64,000 nucleotides of DNA from Candidatus Latescibacterota bacterium (lineage in GTDB: Bacteria > Latescibacterota > UBA2968). The notes under the pieces were generated by a model. It saw only the letters and a list, made by a program, of their open reading frames with translations, was not told the origin of the DNA and made no database searches. The translations under genes and the position numbers were made by a program. Location of the stretch: assembly GCA_965208125.1 (NCBI GenBank), contig OZ242320.1, forward strand, positions 160,001 to 224,000, given 5' to 3'. Of this stretch, positions 62,705 through 64,000 are shown in pieces; the first letter of the stretch is position 1, and each line of letters starts with the position of its first letter.

Positions 62705-64000
62705 CTATTTACCCTCATCGGTGAAATAGACATTATCGAGAAGCATTACATCCCCCGCGCTGCCGCCTGGTCCCGTCAGATTAAAAGGCGAAGAAACCGC
62801 TGACAGATTCAAACCATCCCCAGCAAAGTCAGCCAGTGGAATCACCAGCGTGTGCCACATCCCGTCATTGACATATCCATATGCACTCGCCTTGACAATA
62901 TGGCGGTCATTATTCGCACCCGTCATCCCAATCTCAATATTTGTAAACGTCGTCGATTTCAAGCTGATGTATAACGAGCCAAATGCACTCAGATCCCGCG
63001 TGCTATCCCAATGAATCCCAAACCCCCACCAGGCATTACCTCCGTGAACAATCCCATCTGAAATCGCACCTTCGAGACGATCTTCCGAAGCCTCTAACGC
63101 CACAGTATTTTCATACAGATAAAGGTGCGTGTTCTCACCGTTAATCTCAACGCTATCAGACCTACCACCTTCGTAAAAACGACCAACGCTGAGCCGCTTT
63201 TCGCCCGCCTGAAATAGATCGACCATTGGATCACCGCTCGGGACACCAACCCCGGCATTTTCAGTAGTGAAATAGACATTGTCCAGGAGTGCATAATCTC
63301 CCGCATTACCACCGGGACCCGTCAGATTCAAAGGAGAAGAAACCGCTGACAGAATCAAACCGTCCTTGACAAAATCCGCCAGTGGAATCGCCAGCGTGTG
63401 CCACATCCCGTCGTTGACATATCCATATGCACTCGCCTTGACAATGTGACGATCATTATTCGCACCCGTCATACCGATCTCGATATCGGCAAAAGTCGTC
63501 GATTGAAAACTGATATACATCGTGCCCCACGCACTCAGATCCCGAGTGTCATTCCAATGCACCCCCATCCCCCACCAGGTGCCCCCACCATGCACGAGGC
63601 GATCTGAGCTGAGACCTTCAATGCGATCATTGGAAATCTCTATTGCCACAGTATTTTCATACAGATAGAGATGCGTATTCTCCTGGTTAATCTCAATATT
63701 TTCAGAACTTCCACCTTCGTAAAAACCGCCAATACTGAGCCGCTGTTCGCCCTCCTGATAGGGGTATGGACCGGGCAGCGGCGGACCAATAGCTGCCGCT
63801 TCATTCGCCTCTACATTCTCCGTAGTAAAATAAACATTGTCCAGGAGTGCATAATCTCCCGCATTGCCACCAGGTCCCGTCAGATTCAAAGGGGAAGAAA
63901 CCGCTGATAGATTCAGACCATCCCGGATAAAATCAGCCAGTGGAATCGCCAGTGTGTGCCACTTCCCATCGCTGACATATCCATACGCACTCGCCAGAAC
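62705..64000 (-). CDS. Protein with tandem putative carbohydrate-binding domains (5' end outside window)
   Basis: At least three ~185-aa repeats ending WHTL.IPLADF...LDNVYFT. Confidence 0.75.
   Translation of the reverse strand, partial: VLASAYGYVSDGKWHTLAIPLADFIRDGLNLSAVSSPLNLTGPGGNAGDYALLDNVYFTTENVEANEAAAIGPPLPGPYPYQEGEQRLSIGGFYEGGSSENIEINQENTHLYLYENTVAIEISNDRIEGLSSDRLVHGGGTWWGMGVHWNDTRDLSAWGTMYISFQSTTFADIEIGMTGANNDRHIVKASAYGYVNDGMWHTLAIPLADFVKDGLILSAVSSPLNLTGPGGNAGDYALLDNVYFTTENAGVGVPSGDPMVDLFQAGEKRLSVGRFYEGGRSDSVEINGENTHLYLYENTVALEASEDRLEGAISDGIVHGGNAWWGFGIHWDSTRDLSAFGSLYISLKSTTFTNIEIGMTGANNDRHIVKASAYGYVNDGMWHTLVIPLADFAGDGLNLSAVSSPFNLTGPGGSAGDVMLLDNVYFTDEGK

Noticed and set aside
62705-64000. 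DGR or other template/variable repeat pair
   Set aside because: Repeats are in-frame domain duplications, no obvious A-specific mismatch pattern, and no reverse transcriptase in the window

Overview
Bacterial chromosomal window with about 60 genes. The gene content (PorV/PorQ-family barrel, PhyH and PhyH-HEAT proteins, dockerin-like+LRR protein, sulfatase, many carbohydrate/uronate enzymes) suggests an FCB-superphylum-like, possibly marine host-associated organism; this is inference only. Housekeeping genes: fmt (partial), yajC, tgt, slyD-like, polA, E. coli-type frdABCD, hisN-like, and two glnK-amtB operons. Accessory content: two related TnpB-only IS200/IS605-family elements, a ~3.5-kb GC-richer three-gene insert bounded by a 48-bp promoter-containing direct repeat, a TonB-receptor operon, and a GH3/GPH-transporter glucan locus. 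No rRNA, tRNA or CRISPR array was seen. Best leads: (1) two Trp-codon attenuators in series upstream of a trpS with an altered HIGH motif and no KMSKS region; (2) an apparently stand-alone ~330-nt structured RNA displaying two SD+AUG motifs; (3) a plant-galacturonokinase-like kinase coupled to a nucleotidyltransferase; (4) a single-chain triple Rid-domain protein; (5) covarying hairpins and leaderless promoters in the TnpB elements. All calls come from reading the sequence by eye; no searches were run.
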